From the NCBI RefSeq assembly GCF_023055435.1, contig NW_025964001.1, positions 40,052,001 through 40,116,000 on the forward strand: DNA of 64,000 nt, written 5' to 3'. Under the pieces are notes generated by a model. It was given only the letters and a program-made list of their open reading frames with translations, did not search any database and was not told the DNA's origin. Position numbers and translations under genes: made by a program. This stretch comes from Haliotis rufescens (Eukaryota). Positions 12,816 to 25,640 of this stretch are shown piece after piece. Position 1 is the stretch's first letter. The number at the start of each line of letters is the position of its first letter.

Positions 12816-14304
12816 CTTCCTTATTGTGACTTTGTTCGAAAAACTATACATCTAGTAGTACATGGGTACCCGGTAGGATTAGCTGAGAAGATGTGTACGA
12901 CGTGAGAGGCGTTCTTTCATCACAAGTACATGCACAAGTACATCACCAGTAGTCCTAGGTCAAGAGTTCGACCTGACCCGCCGTCCGAGACAACAAACAT
13001 GACACATGGGCTCAGGGGAAACATAACTTCATGTCACAACATAATTGTCTTGACACGAGCGATTCAGTGTAACACCATCCCGCATAGAAACGGAGCCGTT
13101 GGAACTGAACGATGGTCAAACAATCCAGTGTGGGACCGGGGTCACGCAACAAACCCATTACCAACGTGGGGTGGTCAGTATTTTATAACTCCCCCGGGCA
13201 ATCGGTAATTAAGTGGGTCACAGTTGCAACATCCGCGGCTTAGCGTGCAAGGCCCGTGACAGCCGTCAATATTACTATACGGCCTTATCGACCGGTCTGT
13301 CCACCCTGTCTAGGCCAGGACTGTTATAGCTTAGTCATAAATCCGCCCTGTCCTCGGTTGACCCGCCGCTGTCAATGGAAGCCATTAATGACGTAACCAC
13401 CATCCTAAGTCGCGCCCATAACTGATGGAGACCCGAATCAGCAAGCATGTCTCAGTGTGGCTCTGCTATGTGGAGTTAGTCACTGTGATAAATATATGCA
13501 AATATTACAAAGCCTTGGCCAAAGTCGATGAAACTTGTGCTTCAGTCTCGCTATGCATCGACTGATGTAAGGCCAGCTATTGTGAGTTAATAATGAGCCT
13601 AAACGCCACATGGAAATCCTAGGACAAGTGTAGCTCCACCCCGAACTCTGGGTATACAAATAGTCTGAGGTCACAGTGACCTGGCTCACGGACCGGGGTA
13701 TATAGATCAAGCTGGTTGTTGAGTAAACACGGGCCAGCTTGTATGTATCCCACTGTCAACTCTCACCTAACAACGCTGCAAGGTCACGCTCACAAGCGAC
13801 GCGTCGAGTCGGGTGCAAGGGAATTAATCAGTCCCTAGGGAAGCTCCTCACACTTGGAAACAATGCTACATATTGCTCACCGTGTCTGTTCTTGCTTCTC
13901 CTTTTTTTTAACGGTAAACTTAACTTTGTTCTTGGTTACTGGGAGCAAATGACTTGCTAAGAACGCCACAAACGATGTACATGTTACAATGAACGGGCTC
14001 AGGTTTGTTTAGGGGCTGACAGTTAGTCTGCGCCACTTGGGTGAGACAATGTATTTGCTGTGGACAAGGTCACGCCGAAAGTGTCGATCCCTCAAGTAAC
14101 CTGTTGGGTCGATATTCTCGACACATGTAGCCGGAACTCAGGTTGGTGGGTCGGACGTTCAGGACGCTGGGGGTGCTGGCTCTCGATTCAAGATATTGAT
14201 GTTCGGCGTCCTCTGATAAACAGTTTCAACACACCAGCTACTTGGACTCAGCCTTACACTGGATGGGTTCAGAGAGTTCGGAATTATTTCAGCCATAAAT
14301 GGAC

Positions 14305-15625
14305 TGGTTTGGGTGGGTTATACACTGGTTAGGGAAGATCATACACTAATTTGGGTGGGTTATACACTGGTTGGGGTAGATCATACACTGGTTTGGGTGG
14401 GTTATACACTAGTTAGGGCGGATAATACACAGATTAGCGTGGATCATACAATAGTTAGGGTGGATCATACGCTGGTTAGGGTGGATCATACGCTGGTTAG
14501 CTTGGATCATACGCTGGTTAGGGTGGATCATACGCTGGTTAGGGCGGATAATACTTTGACTGGTTAGGGTGGATCATACACTGGTTATGGTGGATCATAC
14601 ACTGGTTAGGGTGGATCATACACTGGTTAGGGTGGATCATACACTCGTAAGGGTGGATCATACTCTGGTTAGGGTGGATCATACACTGGTTAGGGCGGAT
14701 CATACACTGTTACCGTGGACCATACACTGGTTAGGGTGGATCATACTCTTGTTAACGTGGATCATACACTAGTTAGGGTGGATCATACACTGGTTAGGGT
14801 GGATCATACACAGGTTAGCGTGGATCATACACTGGTTAGGGCGGATCATACACAGGTTAGCGTGGATCATACACTGGTTAGCGTGGATCATACACAGGTT
14901 AGCGTGGACCATACACAGGTTAGCGTGGATCATACACTGGTTAGGGCGGATCATACACTGGTTAGGGCGGATCATACTCTGGTTAGGGCGGATCATACAC
15001 TGGTTAGGGCGGATCATACACTGGTTAGGGCGGATCATACACTGGTTAGGGCGGATCATACACTGGTTAGGGTGGATCATACACTGGTTAGGGCGGATCA
15101 TACTCTGGTTAGGGCGGATCATACACTGGTTAGGGTGGATCATACACTGGTTAGGGTGGATCATACTCTGGTTAGGGCGGATCATACACTGGTTAGGGCG
15201 GATCATACACTGGTTGCGTGAATCATACACTGGTTAGGGTGGATCATACACTGGTTAGGGTGGATCATACACTGGTTAGGGTGGATCATACACTGGTTAG
15301 GGCGGATCATACACTGGTTTGCGTGGATCATACGCTGGTTAGGGTGGATCATACGCTGGTTAGGGTGGATCATACACTGGTTAGCGTGGATCATACACTG
15401 GTTAGGGTGGATCATACACTGGTTAGCGTGGATCATACACTGGTTAGGGTGGATCATACACTAGTAAGGGTGGATCATACACTGGTTAGGGTGAATCATA
15501 TATTGGTTAGGGTGGATCATACACTGTTACCGTGGACCATACACTGGTTAGGGTGGATCATACACTGGTTAGCGTGGATCATACACTGGTTAGGGTGGAT
15601 CATACACCAGTTAGGGTGGATCATA
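14305..15625. repeat. 21-bp minisatellite ggatcatacactggttagggt (~60 copies)
   Basis: Direct reading; gives 7-aa periodic ORFs (DHTLVRV). Confidence 0.97.
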
Positions 15626-16420
15626 GACAGATTAGGTCGGAATATTTCTAACAGATGTAAATCATCAGCTTGTTATTCTTTAAATGAAGTATTGCACATA
15701 CCAGGTACCCACAAAGGCTTGTGAAGGGGTATGGCTTTGTGTTTCTGTTTCAACAGGAAAATTTGAAACAGACAAGTTGTAGGAAAGTATCGTTTACTGA
15801 TAACTTATATCAAAATTCACACGGTTCCTGGCTACACAGTAAGTTTATGAGTGGTTGACGATATCAGTTTTAAGGGTGCTTAAGCATGGCTTTGTTCGAG
15901 TGAGGCTACACGTGCGGCAATGGCGGTAAACTTGCATGGTTTATTAAACTTAACACATTGTAAGAACTTGAGTTAACAGTTGAGCGCCCCCGGTTGTGAT
16001 ATCATCACCGTCATGTCGCTGAAAGGAGCCTCCACACGCGATGTGCCGCTACCGGTGCCGTGAGCCGCTGAGGTATCGATGTTGGAGTTGCTATCAACAC
16101 TCGCCGTGGTGCTGGTGTAAGCACTTGTAGTTTATGGACTTCACACGAGACGACTGTCGACACACGGGAGCTGTTGTCACGGGGGACTCTCGTATCCCTG
16201 AGCCATTGTTATCCTAATTCTCTGGCAGTTTACTTAAAGCAGGACCTGTCGGTAGTGTAGCTCTCATTGTTTGTCAGAAACTCGTTTTTATCACAGGCGT
16301 TAGGTGACGGATTATTTTATATTCATGCAAAATATTTATTGTTGCCCCAAATGGAGAAAATTGTCACGTTGAGCTTTTCAGCAAGCAAGCTGGAAAAAAG
16401 AAATTCAATACTTTAAATTT

Positions 16421-18790
16421 TACGTGTTGTAGCTATATGTTACTTGTTGTTACGTGTTGTTACTTGTTGTAGCTGCATATTACTGCGTGTAGCGTGTTGC
16501 ACGTTGTCGCTGCTTGTTACATGTTGTAGCTGCAAATTACTGTGTGTAGCGTGTTACACGTTGTCGCTGCTTGTTACTTGTTGTAGCTGCATATTACTAT
16601 GTGTAGCGTGTTACACGTTGTCGCTGCTTGTTACTTGTTGTAGCTGCAAATTACTGTGTGTAGCGTGTTACACGTTGTCGCTGCTTGTTACTTGTTGTAA
16701 CTGCATTTTACTGTGTGTAGCGTGTTACACGTTGTCGCTGCTTGTAACGTGTTGTAGCTGCTTGTTACGTCTTGTAGCGTGTTACACGTTGTCGCTGCTT
16801 GTAACGTGTTGTAGCTGCTTGTTACGTCTTGTAGCGTGTTACACGTTGTCGCTGCTTGTAACGTGTTGTAGCTGCTTGTAACGTGTTGTATCTGGATGTT
16901 ACGTGTTGTAGCTGCTTGTTGCGTGTTGTAGCTGGATGTTACGTGTTGTATCTGCTTGTTACATATTGTAGCTGCTTGTTACGTGTTGTATCTGCTTGTT
17001 ACATATTGTAGCTGCATGTTACGTGTTGTATCTGCTTGTTACATATTGTAGCTGCTTGTTACATGTTGTATCTCCTTGTTACGTGGTGTAGCTGCATGTT
17101 ACGTGGTGTAGCTGCATGTGACGTGTTGTAGCTGCTTGTTACATGTTTAGCTGCATGCTACACGTTGTAGCTGCACGTTACGTGTTGTAGCTGGATGTTA
17201 CGCATTGTATCTGCACGTTACCTGTTGTAGCAGCATGTTACGTATTGTAGCTGCATGTTACACGTTGTAGCTTGATGTTAGGTGCTGTAGCTGCACGTTA
17301 CGTGTGGTAGCTTGATGTTACGTGTTGTAGCTTCATGTTACATGTTGTAGCTTCATGTTACGTGTTGTAGCTTCATGTTACATGTTGTAGCTGCATGTTA
17401 CGTGTCGTAGCTACATGTGACGTGTTGTAGCTAGATGTTACGCGTTGTAGCTGCTTGTTACATGTTTAGCTGCATGCTACACGTTGTAGCTGCACGTTAC
17501 GTGTTGTAGCAAGATGTTACGCATTGTATCTGCACGTTACCTGTTGTAGCAGCATGTTACGTATAGTAGCTGCATGTTACACGTTGTAGCTTGATGTTAG
17601 GTGCTGTAGCTGCACGTTACGTGTTGCAGCTGCATGTTACGTGTTGTAGCTTCATGTTACATGTTGTAGGTGCACGTTAATGTTGTAGCTACATATGACG
17701 TGTTGTAGCTGGATGTTACGCGTTGTAGCTGCTTGTTACATGATTTAGCTGCATGCTACACGTTGTAGCTGCACGTTACGTGTTGTAGCAAGATGTTACG
17801 CATTGTATCTGCACGTTACGTGTTGTAGCAGCTTGTTACACGTTGTAGCTGGATGTTACGCGTTGTAGCTGCTTGTTACTTGTTGTAGCTGCATATTTCT
17901 GTGTGTAGCGTGTTACACGTTGTCGCTGCTTGTTACATGTTGTAGCTGCATATTACTGTGTGTAGCGTGTTACACGTTGTTGCTGCTTGTTTCTTGTTGT
18001 AGCTGCATATTACTGTGTGTAGCGTGTTACACGTTGTCGCTGCTTGTTACATGTTGTAGCTGCATATTACTGTGTGTAGCGTGTTACACGTTGTCGCTGC
18101 TTGTTACTTGTTGTAGCTGCATATTACTGTGTGTAGCGTGTTACACGTTGTCGCTGCTTGTAACGTGTTGTAGCTGCTTGTTACGTCTTGTAGCGTGTTA
18201 CACGTTGTCGCTGCTTGTTACATGTTGTAGCTGCAAGTTACGTGTTGTAGCTTCATGTTACATGTTGTAGGTGCACGTTAATGTTGTAGTTACATATGAC
18301 GTGTTGTAGCTGGATGTTACGCGATGTAGCTGCTTGTTACATGATTTAGCTGCATGCTACACGTTGTAGCTGCATGTTACGTGTTGTAGCAAGATGTTAC
18401 GCATTGTATCTGCACGTTTCGTGTTGTAGCAGCTTGTTACACGTTGTAGCTGGATGTTACGCGTTGTAGCTTCTTGTTATGTGTTGTAGCTGCACGTTAC
18501 GTATTGTAGCTGCATGTTACTCGTTGTAGCTTAATGTTACACGTTGTCGCTTGATGTTAGGTGCTGTAGCTGCACGTTACGTGTTGTAGCTGTTCGTTAC
18601 GTGTTGTAGTTGGATGTTACACGTTGTAGCTGAATGTTACGTGTTTTAACTGCATGTTACGCATTGTCGTTAAATCTTACGCTTTGTAGTTGAATGTTAG
18701 TGTTGTACTGAACTTTACGTGTTATAGCTGCATGTCATGTGTTGTAGATGGATTGTATGCGTTGTAGCTGGATGTTGCGCTGTGTAGCTG
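16421..18790. repeat. ~20-bp minisatellite gttgtagctgcatgttacgt with 57-bp higher-order blocks
   Basis: Direct reading; 19-aa periodic ORFs at 16444 and 17920. Confidence 0.95.
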
Positions 18791-18873
18791 AATGTCACTA
18801 GTGTATGATTTATGAAACGAGTGCGTACCTGTTGCATACACTTTCCGAAGAAATAAGAATAATGAAATGGTTC

Positions 18874-18879
18874 TTTATT
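18874..18879 (-). terminator. Candidate polyadenylation signal of the DUSP gene
   Basis: First minus-strand AATAAA I could find downstream of the DUSP stop; followed by a T-rich tract. Confidence 0.4.
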
Positions 18880-19500
18880 GATTAGACTAGACAATATATT
18901 GAGTAAACCATTGTTAATAAACAAAAAAAAAATCACATTCTGATGATGGACACACATAAACATATCAGTTATCATGCAGTTCAGTGAGGTCAAAGGTTAA
19001 TATAAATACTTGGAGATTCCATACCCGAGATGAAAATGGACAAACAACATAAATAATCGGTACCCGTCCAAACGATCACATGACACAAGCAGCCAGCCAC
19101 CGACCAGTGACTAACTTGCCTCACAAGCCGAGTCCCGGTCGAGTCAGGAACTATATGCATTTGTATGTATATCTATATACGCACCCAAATATATGTATAA
19201 CTATTTACATTACACGGACAAAACCACAGGAACGCGTAAACCATAATATGTAGTTCCATTAGGAGGTAAACTCAAATACAGTCAAATACCACTATGTCGA
19301 AATTGAAGGGTCCAACGTAATACTTTGTGTTATCCGAAGTTCGAATACGAAGCACAAATCTTTTACTTCGAGACACGTCAAAGTTCGACACCATGGTGTT
19401 TTACTGTACTTCCAGATCTGAAATAGAAATATAACATAACGCGCAGTAAATATAACGTAGTGCGGTAGACAACACCGCTTTAACACTGGTACACCGATAC

Positions 19501-20957
19501 GATCTTCAGCCAGAGAGCACATACAATCAAGTCTTCAGTCAGAGAGCACATAGAACCAAGTCTTCAGTCAGAGAGCACATACAATCAAGTCTTCAGTCAG
19601 AGAGCACATACAATCAAGTCTTCAGTCAGAGAGCACATACAATCAAGTCTTCAGTCAGAGAGCACATACAATCAAGTCTTCAACCAGAGAGCACATACAA
19701 TCAAGTCTTCAGTCAGAGAGCACATACAATCAAGTCTTCAGTCAGAGAGCACATACAATCAAGTCTTCAGTCAGAGAGCACATAGAACCAAGTCTTCAGT
19801 CAGAGAGCACATACAATCAAGTCTTCAGTCAGAGAGCACATACAATCAAGTCTTCAGTCAGAGAGCACATACAATCAAGTCTTCAACCAGAGAGCACATA
19901 CAATCAAGTCTTCAACCAGAGAGCACATACAACCAAGTCTTCAACCAGAGAGCACATACAACCAAGTCTTCAGTCAGAGAGCATATACAATCAAGTCTTC
20001 AACCAAAGAGCACATACAACCAAGTCTTCAGTCAGAGAGCACATACAACCAAGTCTTCAGTCAGAGAGCACATACAATCAAGTCTTCAACCAGAGAGCAC
20101 ATACAATCAGGTCTTCAACCAGAGAGCACATACAATCAAGTCTTCAACCAGAGAGCACATACAACCAAGTCTTCAACCAGAGAGCACATACAACCAAGTC
20201 TTCAACCAGAGAGCACATACAATCAAGTCTTCAACCAGAGAGCACATACAATCAAGTCTTCAACCAGAGAGCACATACAACCAAGTCTTCAACCAGAGAG
20301 CACATACAATCAAGTCTTCAACCAGAGAGCACATACAATCAAGTCTTCAACCAGAGAGCACATACAACCAAGTCTTCAACCAGAGAGCACATTCAACCAA
20401 GTCTTCAACCAGAGAGCACATACAATCAAGTCTTCAACCACAGAGCACATACAATCAAGTCTTCAACCAGAGAGCACATACAACCAAGTCTTCAACCAGA
20501 GAGCACATACAACCAAGTCTTCAACCAGAGAGCACATACAATCAAGTCTTCAACCAGAGAGCACATACAATCAAGTCTTCAACCAGAAAGCACATACAAC
20601 CAAGTCTTCAACCAGAGAGCACATACAATCAAGTCTTCAACCAGAGAGCACATACAACCAAGTCTTCAACCAGAGAGCACATACAACCAAGTCTTCAACC
20701 AGAGAGCACATACAATCAAGTCTTCAACCAGAGAGCACATACAATCAAGTCTTCAACCAGAGAGCACATACAATCAAGTCTTCAACCAGAGAGCACATAC
20801 AATCAAGTCTTCAACCAGAGAGCACATACAATCAAGTCTTCAACCAGAGAGCACATACAATCAAGTCTTCAACCAGAGAGCACATACAACCAAGTCTTCA
20901 ACCAGAGAGCACATACAACCAAGTCTTCAACCAGAGAGCACATACAATCAAGTCTTA
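19501..20957. repeat. 29-bp minisatellite tacaatcaagtcttcaRYcagagagcaca (~50 copies)
   Basis: Direct reading; cagtc variant on the left, caacc variant on the right. Confidence 0.97.
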
Positions 20958-21433
20958 CACAAATGCGTGTAAACTCTTCTCGCGTCATGAAGCCGGTCAG
21001 TAAGAACATTCCTGAGTTATTAACCAATACAACGTGTCTTTAACCAATGCGTGTAGTAAACTCTTCTCGCGTTATGAAGCCAGTCAGTGAGGACATTCCT
21101 GAGTTATCAACCGGCACCACGAGCATTGAGGATTCAGATCATTGTTGCACGGAGCAAGGGAGCTTTCCACCAATACCAGTCGTGGGGCTTCGTGTTTCAC
21201 ATCACGGTTGCCAGATGAAGTCACGTGATACAAGCCATCAGCCAGTGGTCCCGTCTTATTCTATAAATCTTGTCCCTCAATAATAGTTAGGTCGAGTCTG
21301 AGCGCGCCCCGAAACTTTTGCTTACCAAAAGGACGTCACACGTGAGTTCTGAGTTTTTGCTGCAGAATTCCTGCACCCGAGTGACATGTTTCCTTATACG
21401 GATCTCCAGTCTTTGGCGTGGGGTGTGACACCA

Positions 21434-22042
21434 TCAAGCAAAATACACCTGCACCAACATCAGAACCAGGTGAAACAGCCACATGGTCCCTAGTTCTCCC
21501 ATCCAACCATGCCGGATCCTCATCTCCGTATCCCTCTGGTACACCGAGGGCTCCATCCCACAGATGTAAGGCAGCATCTCCACCGTGCTGTGGTCGTGAT
21601 ACAGCTCCTCGAAAGCCACCAGACTCGCCCAGAAACTCCTATTGGGGTAAATTACCTCCCTTGCCTTATAGACCTTCCGATAAGCCTGCTTCAGGGTCAT
21701 GTGGTGGTGCTTCACGAGGTAGGCGATGCACACGGTGGCAGAGCGACTGACGCCAGCAATACAATGAACCGCAACCCTACCTCCTTGCCTCGCCACCTCA
21801 TCCACGTGGTCGACCAGAGACTCCAGGTGGGGCAGGATGTTCTCGGTGACAGAGTCTCTCAGGGACACACGTTTGATCATCAGGTCATCCTGTGGGTACT
21901 TCAGGTCCTGGAGCTCCGTGGCGACGTTCAGGATGTGGGTGATGCCATGCTCCTCCAGGGACCTTTCCTGGGTCACCCCGCCCACGCTGCTAAGATACAC
22001 GTGTTCGGTTATCTCCGCTACCTGGTTAGAGAAGTAACGCAT
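21434..22042 (-). CDS. Atypical dual-specificity phosphatase, DUSP14/18/21-like (202 aa), single coding exon
   Basis: VHCIAGVSRSA catalytic motif, LRDS acid loop, AYLVKH...IYPNRSFWASLVAFE, and STVEMLPYICGMEPSVY resembling the DUSP14/18 C-terminus; the ORF track starts at a TTG, first ATG is 22042 (acaATG), in-frame stop at 22124-22126; 5'UTR acceptor tctattgtag at 22303. Confidence 0.92.
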   Translation of the reverse strand: MRYFSNQVAEITEHVYLSSVGGVTQERSLEEHGITHILNVATELQDLKYPQDDLMIKRVSLRDSVTENILPHLESLVDHVDEVARQGGRVAVHCIAGVSRSATVCIAYLVKHHHMTLKQAYRKVYKAREVIYPNRSFWASLVAFEELYHDHSTVEMLPYICGMEPSVYQRDTEMRIRHGWMGELGTMWLFHLVLMLVQVYFA

Positions 22043-22466
22043 TGTGGTGGGCCTGAAGACAGTCTTAATATGGTCTGCGAGGGACGCCAGCGTCAATATT
22101 TTCAATAAATTTTCAAATGCTGATTAGGTGATCTTATGGTGAGGTTGGCTGTGTTCAGTGAAAATAAGTGGATACACTATCTGAATTGCTGGCACTGTTT
22201 GAGGATACCCCACGTAGGCTCATCCTTGATGTCTGTTTATGACTTTGGTCATCAAAACTGCCGTCTTTCGTTGCTTGCGTTGACAGTGATGGAACGTCAG
22301 TCCTACAATAGACAGATATAGGTCAATGTAGGGTACTTATTCCTAAGGAAGGAATACGTAACTGAACGTAACGAATGCATACAAAAATATTTCTACGATT
22401 AAACAGTTTCATAAAAATTCACATAGTATTATCAATACAGAAAGTCCACAGAACCCCCTGCAATTA

Positions 22467-22690
22467 CCGGTTAGAATTGGTCTTCAGCAACCCATGCTTG
22501 GCGTAAAAGACGACTTAAGGATCGGGTGGTCAGGCTCACTGACCGGGTTGATGCATGTCATCGTATCCCAATTGCGTGGATCGATGCTCATGATATCAAT
22601 CATTAGATTGCCTGGTCTAGACTAGATTATTTCCAGACCGCCGTCATATATCTGGAATACTGCTGAGTGCGCGTTAAACAACACACACAT
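22467..22690 (+). mobile_element. SINE-like family B copy (inverted partner copy at ~22915-23135)
   Basis: Matches the family B sequence at 24984. Confidence 0.8.
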
Positions 22691-23493
22691 TCTTGCGTCA
22701 TCCTGCCCCGACGGTGTTGGCGGTTGCTGATGTATTCAACCACTGGGTTGACCAAGACTCGATCATTTACGGCCGTCGAGATAGAGCTCGAAAATTTCCA
22801 AGTGGTGCGTAGACCAACTTCATAATTTTCAACAACTCAAATCACCAGGAACGATTCTGTGGCGTTGTTAGCAAGGAGCGGTGGGTAGACTAGCGGACAA
22901 AGCGTTTGCTCATCACTTGTTGTTTTTTTAAACGCCGCACTCACCAATATTCCACCTAAATGATCGCAATTGTAAATATCGAAACTGGGCAAGACAATCC
23001 AGTGATTGATATTGTGAACAACGGTCAACGTCGTCTGGGTACAATGACACTCAATCAGCCAAGTCACCGAGCCTGCCCACCCAATCCATTTGGTCGCCTC
23101 TTACGACAGCATAGGTTCAGCCGAGAACCATTCTATTATTTTCAATGTACCTCTCTAACATATGAAGTATATTTCTTATGTTCCCCGCTCGAATTGCCGA
23201 ACTGTTGGCTTCACATTTGCAACATACCAACCGCAATTTCATATCTTGAAATAGTGTCAGGCGTCATTCGTCACCACTCGCCCCTATCCGTAACCTGCAA
23301 GAAGGTTCGGCCGCCTATCGATGAAAGTTTTGTGCGAAAATACGACAAAGCATTCAGAATGCGGTCTGACTTCAAAGTACTTCGGTCAAAGAATCCTCCA
23401 GGAATATGTTTTGATTTTACATACGTCTAGTATCTAAACATATACCCACGTAATGTAACACCATCACCTACCAAATTACTAACATGATGATTT

Positions 23494-23757
23494 AGTTTGT
23501 TCATAGGCATGTCCCAGAAGGTGACGGATGACAAAGTAGACACAATTTATGGATAACAACTTCTGTATTTTACTGTAATGGCGACGTTTCGGTATGGTTT
23601 GGACTGGACGTGGGTCTAATCTGTGGTGTGTGTATCTTAGTGTGCAGTTTGTTGTCGGCCTGGGTCTGGGCAGTGCGTAGGTGTAAGGCTCTATACCGAA
23701 ACGTCGCCATTACTGTAAAATAAAGAAGGTTTTATCCATAAACTGTGTCTACTTTGA
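23494..23757 (-). mobile_element. Truncated Penelope-like insertion: 64-bp inverted arms plus ~38-nt tail
   Basis: Arms 23532-23595 / 23693-23756 contain ccGAAACGTC and AATAAAGAAG; tail similar to 27644-27682; gatgattt duplicated at 23486-23493 / 23758-23765. Confidence 0.8.
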
Positions 23758-24983
23758 GATGATTTGGGTTGTTCAAATAAAATTAATGATGGTGTCATGC
23801 AGTGTTTGAGATTCAGAAGGTAGACTCAAGTGAACTACATTGAAGTGGAACATCCTGAACATTTTAATGATCTTTTCCGGGGTTTTATGACCAAAACGTC
23901 CTCATGCTCTAACTGAAATATTTAACCAATGAATACAACACAAATATAGCTAGAAACATTCAAATTGTTTTTTCATTGTTAGAAAACATGTCTCTTCTCC
24001 AGATAGCCTACTTCTAACAAAGACAATGACATATGTTTTGTTTTTGTTTTCAAAGACACTTGCTTTTTTGTCACAACAGAAATATGAGTCCCCTATCGAA
24101 CTCTTTGGCCGTTCATATCAGAGCGCTTTAGCTATGATAACGTTAGCATTTTCTGCCCGACAACCGCTTTGACAAATCCGTGAGATCTACCGACAAACAA
24201 ATCTAAAGCAGAGAGCCGAGGTTAACATATTTTACGTGTGCTTCATACAATAATTGCTGTTCCTCAGCGTGTGTACAGCCTGCTACTACACAACGCGAGT
24301 CTCGTCTGGCCTCAAATAGTCTTTTATCCAAGCTAATTTAAACTTTGATTTAAAATATATTATTTCAAACTTGTTTCGTTGAAAAACCCAAACCTTTAAT
24401 ACGAAACAACACAAAGGGAAGTAACTCAGGTTGTGGATATCTTTTACAGAATAAATAAGTTTTAAGTCAGTTTTTAAGTACATCAACGACAAACGTAAAA
24501 GTAAAAGAAGTTGATGGGTTTTTTCTTGTCAGAATGGGATAATGTTATCGACCCCAGTTTCAATTCGGCCTAACCGCAATGGTGTCCAACTCCATACATA
24601 CCGGCGGGGTCGTTTCCTGTTGCAGTGTCTAGCAAGGCAAATGTGAACACGTCAACTAAAACAGATGCGATTAAAGATTTTCATTCTGGTGATCCGATAC
24701 CTGTCGTCGGCACATTGGAATTATCATTCCATTGCTTCGACAACAAAGCCTTCCTCCAACTTTCACGCTGATGGTGGCGACTAGGACATTAAGTGGTGTT
24801 GGGTTACCTCCCTTTGACCATACCATGTATAATTTGGAGCATGAGTTGTTTTTGTGTAAAACAATAATACCCATCATTTTCGAATGTTCTAATGTCATAT
24901 ATTACTAATGCATTCAAATGGTTAACATGAATGTATAAAAATCTAAAACAAAATATATCTTGTTAATCAAGTAGCATACAATC

Positions 24984-25640
24984 GACCCGTGAAGATCGGG
25001 GTAGAATAGGTCTTCTGCAAACCATGCTTGCTGTAAAAGGCAACTGTGCTTGTCGTAACAGGATAGGGTGGTCAGGCCCGTTGACTTGGTTGATGCATGT
25101 CATCACATCCAAATTGCATGGATCGATGCTCATGACATCAGTCACTGGATTTCTGGTCCAGGCTCGATTATTTACAGACCGCCGTCATATAGCTGGAATA
25201 TTGCTGAGTGCAGCGTTAAAGAACAAACAAACAAAGCAATCACTGAATTGTCTGGTCCAGACTCGATTATTTGCAGACCTCCGTCATATAGCTGGAATAT
25301 TGCTGAGTGCAGCGTTAAACAAACAAACAAACAAAGCATACAATCACTGGATTGTCTGGTCCAGACTCGATTATTTGCAGACCGCCGTCATATAGCTGGA
25401 ATATTGCTGAGTGCAGCGTTAAACAAACAGAGCATACAATCACTGGATTGTCTGGTCCAGACTCGATTGTTTGTAGACCGCCGTCATATAGCTGGAATAT
25501 TGCTGAGTGCAGCGTTAAACAAACAAAGCATACACTCACTGGATTGTCTGGTCCAGACTCGATTATTTGCAGACCGCTGTCATATAGCTGGAATATTGCT
25601 GAGTGCAGCGTTAAACAAAAAAAACAACAAAAAAACAAGA
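24984..25640 (+). mobile_element. SINE-like family B full copy followed by four tandem ~100-bp copies of its 3' end
   Basis: Starts GACCCGTGAAGATC right after agcatacaatc; that flank sequence recurs between the tandem units. Confidence 0.9.

Noticed and set aside
16444-18270. Cys-rich metallothionein/keratin-like ORFs (also 52196-52684)
   Set aside because: Translations of minisatellites; non-ATG starts
21285-21436. TGA stop of the DUSP followed by ~48 open codons (selenocysteine or read-through)
   Set aside because: No SECIS or read-through context recognised; the length is compatible with chance
21509-22108. 199-aa ORF on + strand
   Set aside because: Antisense shadow of the DUSP CDS
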